NCBI GenBank assembly: GCA_963676915.2
Contig: CAXXVK010000043.1
Coordinates: 32,001-96,000, forward strand
Direction of reading: 5' to 3'
DNA from: Myxococcota bacterium
GTDB taxonomy: Bacteria; Myxococcota_A; SURF-8; G963663525
Length of the DNA: 64,000 nucleotides
Shown one piece after another: positions 47,072-59,200 of the stretch; the first letter of the stretch is position 1, and each line of letters starts with the position of its first letter. The notes below the pieces were generated by a model, which was given only the letters and a program-made list of their open reading frames with translations, did no database searches and was not told the DNA's origin. Both the position numbers and the translations under genes were made by a program.

Positions 47072-50000
47072 AAAATCAGGGAAAATCGGGTGCCTGGCGC
47101 TGGACCGACGACCAGCAGGCGCTGTTTGATTTTCCCCGCGATACCTTGGTTTCCGCCTCGGCAGGCACGGGAAAAACCACGGCGCTCGTCGAATTGTGTG
47201 TGCGTCTTGTGGAAGGTCACGACGGTGCCGAGCCGGTGCCGCTGGACCGGATTCTCGCCATTACCTTCACCAACAAAGCCGCTGCCGAAATGGTCGAACG
47301 GCTGATGCGCAAGCTGTCCGACCGGTTGGACGATCCGGTTTGGAAGCACGCCGGGGAGTGCTGGTTCCATACATTTCACAGCCTTGGGGTTCGTATCATT
47401 TCCGAACATGCATTGGAACTCGGATTGCCCCCTGATTTCGAGGTGTTGCCGCAGGAAGACGCCGCCGTACTTCGGCACGAGACGGTGGAAGACGTATTGC
47501 GGGACGCCCTGATCGCCGACGATCCTACGGTGCTGCGGCTGGTTTCTGCCGCGCACTGGAAGGAAGTGGTTCAATGGGTGAAAAACCTGATGCCGCTACC
47601 CGATGAGGAGACGGACGAAAACCCCTCAAAAATACTGGCGAAACTGGAGCGTGAGTTCGAGCGTTTGAAAAACGACCAGCGCGAGCGCATCGAGGATATC
47701 AAAGATGCGTTGGCAAGTTCGAAAATGTCCGATTTGCAGCGCAATAAACTGACAAGTTTTCTTCATTTGCTTCCCGGTCCCGATCTTTTCGATTTCCAAG
47801 ATGACGCCGAAACGGGGCTTGCGCAGTTCGATAAAGCCTTGGATGCCTACGCGCAGCATTCCCGTTGGCCGCGACCTATAGGGGCTTTGCGCAAGGAATT
47901 GATGGAATTGCTCGAACGTCAGCGCTCGGTGTTCGCCGAAAAACTTGCTTTGCCCGATTTGCGACGCATGAAGCGGCTTGCCGCCGAAGCGAGACAACGA
48001 TATGCCGAAAAAAAGAGGAGGCGAGGGGGGATCGATTTCGACGATATGATGTCCATGCCGTTGAAATTGCTGGAGAATCATCCCAATCTGCGTTCGTATT
48101 GGCAAAATCGTTTCGACGTGATTCTTGTAGACGAGTTTCAGGATACCAACGAGCGGCAACTCGATTTTGTCGAATGGTTGAGCCACCCCGGCGATTCCGA
48201 ACGTTCGGCTACACGATGTCTTTACGTTGGGGACCGCAAACAATCCATTTACGCTTTTCGTGGTGCGGACGTTTCGGTGATGCGTGGTGTCGAGGAGAGG
48301 TTTTCCAAGGAAAATTCGGGACGTATCGTGCCTCTGCGCGACAACTTTCGCTCGTCTCCGGCGCTGATCGACCTGTTCAACGGAATTTTTCCCACCGTGC
48401 TTTCCGGTGGCGACGAAGATTGGGACGTGGGATACGACCACAAGGACGATCTGAACGCCGGTCGGCCCGAAAATCCCGAAGGAGAGAACGGTCCGCAGGC
48501 CGAATTGAATTTGATCGCCTTCGAGGGTTCCGCTGCCGAAGCGCGGGAGGTCGAAGCTCGCGAAATGGCGGCTCGTATTGCACAAATCGTCGAAGAAGGA
48601 TTGGTTTCCATTCCCGATGGAAAGGGCGGTTTGCGTCCCGCTGCTTATGGGGATTTTGCAATCCTGATCCGACGCAACAAGCAAGCGCCCGACTACGAAC
48701 AAGCTCTGCGGGAATACGAAATTCCTTTGTCATTTTCAGGGTCTTACGGGTTTTCAACTCGCCCGGAAGTACTCGATGCGATCCAGCTTCTGACACTTCT
48801 TGTCGATCCGTTCGACTCATTGTCTGCGGTGGGAGTGGCGCGTTCCCCGGCTATAATGATTAGTGACCCGGATCTTGCCCGGCTACAGTTGGCAAATGAA
48901 CATTGGGCTGTGTACCTGGAGACACCCGAGGCTCTTGTATCCCATGCCCGAAAAATCGGCGTTTCCGAGGAAGGTCTGCAGCGTCTCGAAATATTTTCCA
49001 ATGTTTTCAAACTGTTGCGTGAATCCCGTTACCTTCGCTCCGTCCCGGAGTTGTTGGAATCGTTGATCGAACGAAGCGATTTGCTGCTTTTGAGTTCGAG
49101 CGGTTCGGAAGGCACACGCGCCCGTGCCAATCTACGTCGCTTGTTGGATCGCACATGGGCGTTTCATTTGCGAAATCCTGGCTTGTCTCCCGAAGCGTTT
49201 CTTCGCTTATGGAAAAGGGATCTGGAATTTCAAAGCCGGGACGCCGAAGCCTCGCCGGATCTTTCCACCGATGCCGTCAAACTGATGACCGTGCATCAGG
49301 CCAAAGGATTGGAATTCCCTATAGTGATTCTCCCTGGTCTGGCCCAGCATCCTCCGTTTCGTGGGGGGAGGGTGTTTCGGACCGACGATCAGGAGGCGGG
49401 AGTTCAGTACTATGCCGGAGGGGGACGTTTTGAGAAAACGTATAGTTATTTCAGAAGCTTGAAGCTACAGGCGTTGAAGAGCCAGGCCGAGGAAATGCGC
49501 CTGTTTTACGTTGCGTTGACCCGTGCGAAAGAATATCTGGTGTTTTCGGCGACGCGCACTGCCAAGCAGTTGGACAAAGGCCCGTCCAGTGAGTTGGATA
49601 TCCGTCATTGGCTGGATTCCGTATGGCGGTACGCCGAAGACAGCGATGAAATTCTGCTTCAGAAACACGAAGAGGCAAAGTCCTATTCTCCCATAAAAAT
49701 CGAGGATTTCACCGAACCGCCCTGGCGTGTCGGCTCTTCGGAGCCACCCTTTGTTCCGTTGGGGATGGGGACCATCAGCATCAGCCGATTGTCCATGCAC
49801 GATCGCTGTCCTCGGCGCTTTCACCTTCAGCGGCGCATCGACCGTTCGGCGGGACTGTGGCACGGGATTTCTCGTGAGGATTCGCTCCCCGTGACGGACA
49901 CCGGTTCCCAACGACAAGGCTTGTTATTGCACAATGCTCTGGAACGCCTGTCGCTGGATCGTATTCCATCTGGCGATGAGGTAGAGAACCTGTTGAAAAC

Positions 50001-50568
50001 GTTCGGAGATTTCGAAGGAGAAGGCTTTTTTGATCGCGTGAAGATTCTTGGCGCGTTGTTTCGTTCGGAGTGGATGGCTGGGGTTTGTTCTCGTATGGAA
50101 ACCGGCACGAAGGCGTTGCGTGAAGTGTCGATCCTGACGCGCTTCGATTTCCCCTCGGGGCGTTTCGTGCGACTTAAAGGCGTGCTCGATTTGCTGCTGA
50201 TTCACCCGGACGGTACTCGGGAGATTGTCGAATTCAAGTCGGGAAAACCTCGTAAAATCCACGAGTTCCAGTGTAAAACCTATGCTTGTGCAATTCGTCA
50301 GGCCGATTCGAGAATGAAGGTAGAGGCTCGTCTCGTATACCTGGGAAACGACCCCGAAGTCCGAGAACTCCGTATGGGAAATGCTTCGTGTCGCAGCATC
50401 AAAGCGGAGTGGGAAAAACGCTTGCAAGGTATTGAAGAGGAAAAGAGTGCCGGGTGGGAAAGCTGGCGGCACATGCCTGAAACCACCTGTCGAAACGATG
50501 CCTGTTCGTTTCTAGAGGTTTGTTACCCGCCTGTGAAAGAATTCGACCCGCTAAAAGAGTGGTTCTAA
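47068..50568 (+). CDS. addA: AddA/AdnA-like UvrD helicase fused to a PD-(D/E)XK nuclease
   Basis: ASAGTGKT, ITFTNKAA, VDEFQDTN, VGDRKQSIYAFRG, NFRS, TVHQAKGLEF, YVALTRAK; nuclease GVLDLL...IVEFK. Confidence 0.85.
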   Translation: MKNQGKSGAWRWTDDQQALFDFPRDTLVSASAGTGKTTALVELCVRLVEGHDGAEPVPLDRILAITFTNKAAAEMVERLMRKLSDRLDDPVWKHAGECWFHTFHSLGVRIISEHALELGLPPDFEVLPQEDAAVLRHETVEDVLRDALIADDPTVLRLVSAAHWKEVVQWVKNLMPLPDEETDENPSKILAKLEREFERLKNDQRERIEDIKDALASSKMSDLQRNKLTSFLHLLPGPDLFDFQDDAETGLAQFDKALDAYAQHSRWPRPIGALRKELMELLERQRSVFAEKLALPDLRRMKRLAAEARQRYAEKKRRRGGIDFDDMMSMPLKLLENHPNLRSYWQNRFDVILVDEFQDTNERQLDFVEWLSHPGDSERSATRCLYVGDRKQSIYAFRGADVSVMRGVEERFSKENSGRIVPLRDNFRSSPALIDLFNGIFPTVLSGGDEDWDVGYDHKDDLNAGRPENPEGENGPQAELNLIAFEGSAAEAREVEAREMAARIAQIVEEGLVSIPDGKGGLRPAAYGDFAILIRRNKQAPDYEQALREYEIPLSFSGSYGFSTRPEVLDAIQLLTLLVDPFDSLSAVGVARSPAIMISDPDLARLQLANEHWAVYLETPEALVSHARKIGVSEEGLQRLEIFSNVFKLLRESRYLRSVPELLESLIERSDLLLLSSSGSEGTRARANLRRLLDRTWAFHLRNPGLSPEAFLRLWKRDLEFQSRDAEASPDLSTDAVKLMTVHQAKGLEFPIVILPGLAQHPPFRGGRVFRTDDQEAGVQYYAGGGRFEKTYSYFRSLKLQALKSQAEEMRLFYVALTRAKEYLVFSATRTAKQLDKGPSSELDIRHWLDSVWRYAEDSDEILLQKHEEAKSYSPIKIEDFTEPPWRVGSSEPPFVPLGMGTISISRLSMHDRCPRRFHLQRRIDRSAGLWHGISREDSLPVTDTGSQRQGLLLHNALERLSLDRIPSGDEVENLLKTFGDFEGEGFFDRVKILGALFRSEWMAGVCSRMETGTKALREVSILTRFDFPSGRFVRLKGVLDLLLIHPDGTREIVEFKSGKPRKIHEFQCKTYACAIRQADSRMKVEARLVYLGNDPEVRELRMGNASCRSIKAEWEKRLQGIEEEKSAGWESWRHMPETTCRNDACSFLEVCYPPVKEFDPLKEWF

Positions 50569-50571
50569 GCG

Positions 50572-51690
50572 TTATAGTTCTCGTTCGCCGGATTCGTGCT
50601 CGGCTTCTTTTTGGGTCTGTTCCAACTCTTCCGTGACGATTTCGGTGCTGGCGGCACTGGGTGGAATGCGAGCCGAGTGCTTGACGCCGATCAATCGACC
50701 GCTCAGGCGTTTTCGGTTACGGATTTTGGCCCCGCTGAAGACGATGCTTTCCAATAATTCCACTTTTTTTCCGACCTGGGTTCCGTTCCCCAGAATCACG
50801 TACGGGCCGATGGTCGAGTTGGGACCGATTTTCGTGTTGTGTCCGATCAATACGGGAGGGCGGATGTCGATATTGTCACCCAACTCGACGTTTTCGCCCA
50901 TGATAACCCCGCCGCCGGTAGTGTTTTTGGGCTTGAGTGGGTACGGTTCGAAGGGATCGAGGTACGACAACCGGATACTATCGTCCAAAAATCCCATGTT
51001 GGTTCGGTAGTAGGTTTCCAGTGTGCCGGTATCGTGCCATGGGCCTTCTACGAAATCGCCTCGGATCGACTCGCCGTTTTCGATCATTTTCGGGTAAGTG
51101 TATGAATTGATACAGCTTTCTACGTGAGGAGGAATGTATTCGAAAATTTTTTGTCCGAGAATATGCACGCCGATGAAGCCACCGGCCTTTCGTGGGTCGC
51201 CGGGGTCGTGCAAACGTCCGGCGATGTTTCTCACCTGACCTTTGAGGTCGATTTCGATCGGTGAGTATTTTTTCAGGTCCATCGAACTGCTCAACAGCAT
51301 CGTGGCGGCGCTTTCGCTTTCCCGATGGCGCTCAATGGCTTGCCGGAGATCGAATTCCATCAATGCGTCGGCATTGGCGACGACGAACGTTTCCTCGTTT
51401 TCGAAAAAAGCTTCGACGTTTTTGATGCCGCCGCCGGTTCCGAGGATTTCCGTCTCGTGTGCGTACACAAGATTCGGAAGACTTCCACCACCGGTACCGA
51501 GGGTTTGTTCGATGCTTTCCCCGAGATGGTGCAGGTTGATCATGACTTCATCGATTCCCTGTGATTTCAGGAAGTTGAGCATGAACAGAATCGATGGGAC
51601 GTTGGCGATGGGTATGCAAGGTTTTGGAATTTCGTCGGTCAACGGAGCCAGACGAGTTCCGAATCCTGCGGCAAGAACCATTGCTTTCAT
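50572..51690 (-). CDS. murU: Sugar-1-phosphate nucleotidyltransferase (MurU/mannose-1-P guanylyltransferase type) with C-terminal hexapeptide repeats
   Basis: KAMVLAAGFGTRLAPLT..PKP, LGTGG, WHDTGT; coupled to the amgK-like kinase. Confidence 0.7.
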   Translation of the reverse strand: MKAMVLAAGFGTRLAPLTDEIPKPCIPIANVPSILFMLNFLKSQGIDEVMINLHHLGESIEQTLGTGGGSLPNLVYAHETEILGTGGGIKNVEAFFENEETFVVANADALMEFDLRQAIERHRESESAATMLLSSSMDLKKYSPIEIDLKGQVRNIAGRLHDPGDPRKAGGFIGVHILGQKIFEYIPPHVESCINSYTYPKMIENGESIRGDFVEGPWHDTGTLETYYRTNMGFLDDSIRLSYLDPFEPYPLKPKNTTGGGVIMGENVELGDNIDIRPPVLIGHNTKIGPNSTIGPYVILGNGTQVGKKVELLESIVFSGAKIRNRKRLSGRLIGVKHSARIPPSAASTEIVTEELEQTQKEAEHESGEREL

Positions 51691-52740
51691 TGCCGAAGCC
51701 TTTCTTCGTATCCTCCCAGAATTTCTCGAACGATTTCCATGCCTTCGACGTTGTTCAACAGGAGTTTCACGTAGTCCAAAGTATCCGGCAGGTATTGGAG
51801 AAAACTGGGATTGTTGCGTACTCTGTCGATGAACACGAAGCGTCCGGCATCCTTCGTTTTTCGTTGCAGAGCTTGGGTGTAGAATTGCTCTTTGAAGCTG
51901 TCGGTGTCGAAGGTCGAGCCGAAAGTCTCTTTAAAACGGCGGATGTAGTCGTCGATCAGATTTTCTCGAAGCGTTTCGGACAGCACGATGTAGCTGTCGA
52001 ACAGCAAGGCCGTCAGGTCGTAAGGCCAGGGGCCGTACCAAGGTGTCCTGAAAATCGATCAGCGCCAATTTCTCGTTTCGAATCATCAGGTTACGGCTTT
52101 GAAAGTCGCGGTGAACCAGGATTTGAGGAAACGAAAGCAAACGGTCGCAGACCTTGGAATAAGCTTCTCGGCAGGTGGATCGTTCCGCCGGGGTCATGGT
52201 GAGGTCATACAGCGCTTCGATACCCCATTCCAGGTAATGCTCGAATTCCCACAGCAGCAGTTCCTTGTCGAAACGTCTTTGAATTCCTGATGCTTCGGCA
52301 TGTTTCGCGTTGTGAGATTGGAATTGGACCAACAGATCGATAGCCTGACCGTACCATCGGCGTCGCTCGGAATCATCGGCGTGCAGAACGGCATCCATCA
52401 ACAGGGTGTCGCCCAGGTCTTCGAGAAACACCATGCCGTGCTCCACATCGGCCAGCAACACATTGGGAACCGGTAGTTTTCCCTCGGAAAGATAGCGTTG
52501 CACGGTCAGGAACGGGAGTTCCTCGATGCGTTCATCTGCGCTCGTGGCTTCGTCCGAAACCAAAGCTTGTTCGGGTTCGAACTTCATCAGCACTATGGAA
52601 GAAGGAACAGTGCTCCCATCTGTAACAATGCGAAAATACTCGCGAGTCGAGGCGTCACCGGCCATTTTTTGTACCGAAAATCCCGATTCCGGCGTACCGG
52701 TAATTTGGTGCACGTACGGCACGAGTCCATTGCGATCCAT
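51687..52740 (-). pseudogene. amgK: AmgK-like MurNAc/GlcNAc kinase (APH family) with one +1 frameshift near 52035 (probably a sequencing error)
   Basis: GDASTREYFR, LEDLGD, HRDFQSRNLM, IDFQD; removing one base restores DFQDTLVGPWPYDLTALLFDSY and joins the 51687-52007 ORF (QRKTKDAGRF). Confidence 0.8.
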
Positions 52741-52904
52741 GCGTCCTCCGTGGCGGGTCGTTCGTTGCGAGTCATGAGGGAAAATATCATCGCCGAGTAA
52801 ACTGTGTCAAGCCAGCGTGAACAAGCGGGGGGCTCGCGGATGCAAGGAATTGAATTTGCATTTGATTGCAGGATTTTAGAAGAGTGAAAAAAGTCTCAAA
52901 AACG

Positions 52905-52986
52905 TGTCAATCACTGACAATTCAAACCAAAGAGTGTGAAATCGCGTTTTGATCATCAATCCTCACGTTTTGGTGTGGCAATTGCA
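52905..52986 (+). promoter_or_regulatory. Possible sigma54 promoter with upstream inverted repeat, for the giant gene
   Basis: TGGTGTGGCAATTGCA (GG-N10-GC) at 52971-52986; TGTCA-N5-TGACA at 52905-52919. Confidence 0.3.
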
Positions 52987-53220
52987 TTTCATCTTTTTGA
53001 GGAAAACGTTTCAGGACACTTGCTGCATGTTCGAGAATCGATACAATAGAAGGATTGAACCAATAATCCCGTGTAAGTCAACGGTTAGCGGTTGCGTATC
53101 GTTGAGTTCCAAATCGAAATGGAAACGGGTTCGATCCGGAACATGGTGTTTTCTATGAAAAAAGTGCATAATCATTGGAATCATTTCCGATTTTTCTTCC
53201 CCCCCCGTATAGGTGATGTC

Positions 53221-56200
53221 ATGAAAGCCTTAACCACCTCGAAAAATATTTTCCTGTTTACCTTGGCGGTAATGCTCTGTTGCATTGGATGGGTTCAACC
53301 CGCATGGGGTGAATGCATCGATCCGTCCGTGCGCATTATTCCCAGCGGTGGAGACTATTGCGGCAACGATTTGACGATTTCCGGTACTGTACCGGTCGAA
53401 TTGCACGGAAAGCATTACAACGTCGGTGTTTTCAAGGTCGAGGACGGTGCTACGCTTCGTGTTCCCTCTGTGGCAGATGGTGGTGGGCAACTGGAAATCC
53501 ATGCGGTGGATGTTATCATCGAAGGCTTGATCGATGCCAACTCTTCGGGGTGGTCCGGTGGTCTTGGTGGGGGGGGTGCCAGATCACTCCAGCTCTACTT
53601 CGAGTTTTAATTTAGGTGCCGGAAAAGCCGGAGGAGATGGTGAAGGACCGGCTGGGGGAAAAGCCGGAACGTTCGGAGACAGTGGAGTTTACGTTCCGAC
53701 TGGAGAGGTTCCCAATGGTGCGGTGATCGATAAATACTATTCCGGTGGTGGTGGTGCCGGTGGCGGTTCGGGAGGAGCCAACGCGACAGCCGGATGCAAA
53801 GGTGGATATGGCGAAAAATCCGAAACGATTCCGGTTTCTCCTTATGAATACAATGCCGGTGGTGATGGCGGAGACGCTCCGCCCGCTTTGGAACCTCCGA
53901 GTGCCGAAAATATCGGAGTAAATATCGGTTCCGGCGGTGGTGGTGCCGGTGGTGCCGGTTCAGGAGCTTGGGAGCCTGGGTACAAGAACAACGAATATGA
54001 AAATGAAGCTGACACGAATTGGTGGGATGATCTCTGGTACTGGGCTTCTGGGGATACCAGTGGCCTAGGGCGGGTTTTCATGCGAGCCCATGGCGATGAA
54101 CGAACCGGTTTCTGGACATATGCAGGAAAAGATTCCGACGAGTGGGATGCTTATGTTTATTGGGGATATTTGTGGGACTGGAACCAGTACGCCGGGCTGA
54201 ATCGAGACGGAAGTGGTGGCAGTGGCGGGATCGGCGGTGGCGCGGTGATCCTTGTCGCCGAAGATGAGTTGAAAGTTTTGGGCAATGGTCGAATTCAGGC
54301 CAGAGGCGGTGATGGTGGGGCGGCAGGTGAAGGTTACGCCCCGATTCAAACGGATTACAAGAGCCTGAACGGTGGCGATCCGAATTTCAAGTTTGGATAT
54401 CGCGGTCAGAAAATAGCCGATTATTGTTACAAGAAAAAGTGCCTAGAGGAAATTTTTGGAGTATGTGTCGATCGATACTGTGACAAGAAGATTCAATTGT
54501 ATCGATTTTTGATGGGTAGTGGTTCCGGTTCCGGTGCGGGCGGTGGTTCCGGTGGTGGAATCAGCCTGTTCGGTAAAACCGTTACTATCGAGAAACGAAG
54601 CGACAATTACTGGCGGTTCGACGTTCTCGGTGGTGCCGGTGGCGCTGGTTGGGGTGGAAATTCCGGATATTCGAACCTGGGGGATCCTCTTGGAAAATGG
54701 GGAGACACCGACCCTCATAACGGTGGTTACGGTGGATATGGCCAGGTAAAAATCAATTATATGACCGGTGGCGGTTTTTACTGTGACGCAGTTGGTGGTG
54801 CGACCTGTACGACGGCAGCTGATGTCAACGAATTGATTCTCAGCGATTCCAGTTCGGAGCGATGTGGGGAGCCGCTGCTGTTGGATCTGGTTCCGGGAAG
54901 TATTGAATCCGGTATTACAGGAACGGTGAAAATCGGTGCTCGGGAATACGGTACGAACATCCCGCTGGCGATGAATTACAATTTCAACGGGAATCCTTTC
55001 GTAACGGCGACCTCTCCCGTTGGAGACGAGTACACGGTGCATTCCTGGCCCAAAGGCACGTCAAAGAGCGTATTCTCTGCTGGGGCGATTCTGGAAGACC
55101 AGAACGATCCGGGGCAGTTTTATGAGTTCATTCAATGGACCCATCCCCAGTTGGGGCTTTTCGAGTTGGGTAATGATAATCTGATTCACGACGATTCGCC
55201 CTCGACGGATGCCTTTGTCAGCTATTGGCAGAACGTGAACGGCTGGCGTTGGACCGGCGTGGATGACGATATATGGGAGAACCCCAGCAACTGGACTGAA
55301 GACGGACTGCCAACCACGAGCTATCCGGGTGAAAACGGCTACGATGGGAAAAATATCTATATCGATTCTTCTCTCGTAGAAGCGCCCTACAACTGGCCAC
55401 ACATTACCACCAATCGTCCCGCCGGTAAAAGCATGGCGATCACGACCGGCGCGAAAGTGTATTTCGCCAACCACAACACCGAGCTTTATCTTTTCGACAG
55501 TCTCAACGTGCAGGGTGACATTATTGGACCTTCGGGGCAGGCCACCGATGCCGATCGAGCAAAGCTGACGGTGATGGGAAACATCGTTTTCCCGCAGACG
55601 ACGGGTGGATTGTCTGGAGCGATTTATGCCGAGCATCTCGATATTTTCCTTTATGGCAACCTTACCATGGATACGTACTCGCTGATTCGGCAGAATCCGT
55701 CGAATACCAGCGATCCGGAACAGAAGGCGGACGGTCGGTTTATTCTGGTCGGTTCCGATCCTACGAATTTCGATTTCTCGTCGTTTAAAGCTGCGACGGG
55801 AGGAGGGGAACCCGCTTACTCCGAATTGACGTTTACCGGAACCGTTTCCTCCGGTGGATTGGTGATAATTACGGACAATGAAAACGCAACCCAGGATACC
55901 TATGAGTTCGTTTCCACCGCAGGAGATGCTGCAGCGGGACATATCGAAGTCCTTTTGGGATTAGACGATGATGAATCGTTGGAGAATCTCTTCAATGCAA
56001 TGGTGGCTTCTGGAACGGTTTCTCTGTATTACATCCGATCCTATGGTTATATAAAAATTTACAATGCCGATGGTCCTCAAGGGAGCATCGTCGCCGGTGG
56101 ACAGGATATTTCCCTTTCTACAGACAGTCTCGACAACGTCTACTGGAGCCGGTCTTCGCTCAAGCCGGACTTGGACAATGTTTGGGGTAATGTCGATTCC

Positions 56201-59200
56201 GGTTTCCTTGTTCGGACATTGATTGTCGCTAAGAATCTCGCTTACACGGGAGAGGGCGACATCGATTGGGACCAGATGAAGCTTCGAGCCTTCACGGTCA
56301 ATCGCGATTTCGGAAAGACCTATTCTTTGTCGAATGAAGTGGACACACTGGGTGTGGATCCCGGTAGTTCCAATACGGGAAATTGCCAGCTTTCCGGTGA
56401 GACGGCTTATTGCGATGGGGCTTCGATCGATCCGGCATCGGTCCACACGTTGATCATCATGCGTGGTGTGATGATGCTCGAAGGCCACAATCTGTATGTC
56501 AGCGATCGGTTGGAAATCGGTTCGACCGAAGGTACGCTTACCGGTGGAGAAGGTCGGTTGATTCTCGGATCTTCGGGTAAGGTGACCTACAGCCTTTTAG
56601 GAGACGTGAGCGAATTACCCTTGCTTGCGGACAAGTGGGTAAAAATTACCGTTGCCGAAGATGATTACAATCAATATGTCTTCAAAATGCCTCCGGTTCC
56701 TGCCGATCCAGGCGATGGAAAAACACATTACGTAAAAATCGGCAGCACTGTGGAGCATACAGTTGGATACCTTGCCGATGCAATCAACAATTACGGCAGC
56801 TACTCGTTGAGAGCGGAGCCAGATAGCACGGCGAACAATATTCTCGGTCTGTACAACGCGGACTCGCCGGGTGGATCGATTATCGATGGCACGCAATACG
56901 CTCTTCTTGAGCAGTCAGCAGGATTGGACGGAAAGTGGAGTCACAACAACTTCAATGAAACCGGTTCGGACAGTGAAGGCGTGGAAATTCACGTTCTAGG
57001 TTGGCACCGCCGAGAAAACAGCACCGACCACGAAGGTGGAGCGTTGATGTTCAAACTCGAGAAAAACGCCGAACTCGATCTTGGTAGCGGTGCGTTGTAT
57101 ATCGAACCGTTGCAGCAAGCTTATGGAATCGAGATGCCGCAATGGGCGACCGGTGCGACGGTTGACGAAAACGATGTGGCGATTCAGATCTTCGGTCGCT
57201 TGGAGATGGGTAGTGGATCGGTTATTTACGGTGATAACGGCTTGGAAGATTCCGGTATCTCGATGAAATTGTTCTCCGATTCCTATATGCGGGGTATTGA
57301 AGCCAGAGTCGAACTTGATTCAAGTCTGATCAACGATGCGGGGATGTTCTCGGATCGGGTGAATCTGATGTTTGTGGATTCCGATCTCGTGCTGGGTTAT
57401 GGAGATACTTCTCTGTTGCCGACGGACCAGTGGTGCATCGACCATGGTGGATGTCTCGATGAGCCGTTTGCTTTCGAAACCCGCACGGCCTTCAATTTCG
57501 ACACGCTGACCACGATTACCAGCTACGCTTCGGTATACATCGATACGGCTGCGATTTTAACAGAGATTTCCACCATTGGGGATTCCGAGGATCTCTGGTA
57601 CGAAAAGCTAGGAGCGGGAGCCATCTGGCGATTTGCCTGGATGCCACTCGATGCTGCTGCATCCGATCCCATTGAAGCGAACATTCCGTCTGTTCGACTG
57701 TTTGGTTCCTTGCCGGTGGGTGATCTGATTATCGAAACCGAACGGTTTATCGTCAATGAACCGATGGCTTCATGGACGGAAAACGAAGAAAAACTTTATG
57801 CGGGTATGTTCTTGTTGGGGAGCACTTTCAGAGTGCAACCGTATCTCTATCGTTCCTCCGATCCTGATAATTCCATCGACCCATTGTATCGGCAGTCAAC
57901 CTTTATCATGAAGCCCGGTTCGTGGTTGCGTCCGAACGATTCCGCTGTGCTCGATTTCACGGGTGCGAGAGTTGAGATGGTCGGAACGAGCGACAATCCG
58001 ATCCATCTAAAGGTTGCCTGGGATGAGAACGCGGAAGGCGGCCCCTGGTATTACGAACATTACTGGCAATTTTACGCCCATGAGAGCTATCAGGCGATCG
58101 ATCCCTTCCCCAACCTGGACGAAGAACCTCCGGTAGCATTCGGTGAAGATGATGTGGGAGTGGCAAGCACGTATCTCAAGGTTAAATATGCGGAAATCGG
58201 CAACTTGAGAGACAGTGGAATTTCCCTGACCGAACATACGCTTTTGGAAAAAGGTTATGCTTTCGACAATTGCAAGCTGTTCAATGCCTACCAGGGAACC
58301 ATGTTGGATGTGTTGTCCGCGTACATGGTCGAGACCGATCCGGCCAAACAATGGCCTGCCTCGTTGAGTTGGGATCTCGACACCTATTCCTTCATCGAAA
58401 TGACGGATGTTGAGTTCGAAGCTCCTCCGCTCGAAGAAGGATCTGGACTGACGGAACAACAACTCTTGGATATTCTCTCATACAACGGCTTGCGCAATGC
58501 AAGGCGAGGAGCCGAAGGATATCTGCGATTCAATTATTCCGGGACCGTAAGTCACGCAGGATTCTGCGACGATGGCGATCCCGTGCTTTTGGGTAACTTG
58601 GCCGGTGAGCGCTATGACCAAGACCCCGACAAGCGGGTTTTCTGGCCCATTTCAGCTCCGGTTGTCAAATTCTATTCCAAAACAGATGAATTTGCCCGTT
58701 TGAACTCGGAAACGGGTGCGATTACCTGGCAGGTGACGCACATGGATACCCTCCAGGATTTCGATGGCAGCTTCCATACCGAAAACCTGACGTATTCCAT
58801 TCGTGAAGTGACCAAGTATCCCGATACCGGTTCCGGTGATACCTATGTAACGCTGGATTCTCCCTGGCTGGCAACGCCGAGCGGTACTCCGTATCCGCCG
58901 GACGATCTCGACATGTGGCTGGCGCTGGCGGACTGGCCGAGCGTAAAGACCTACGTTTTCGAGGCGGGTCAATACGGTTTCGAAGTCAAGGCGCGCATGG
59001 AATATCCGCTGTTCGATGGTGTGATTCCACCTCTTGAAACGTCCTATCGAGGTACCTGCAAATGGGTCGATACAGACCCGACCCCGGCATCCAATATTTA
59101 CGTGCCGATTCGCAAGGGACCGGATTCGGCAGATCCGCTGGAGGCGAAAGCCAATCATGCCACCGATCCGCACAGTTACATGAAAGTGGTGTGGAAAGGA

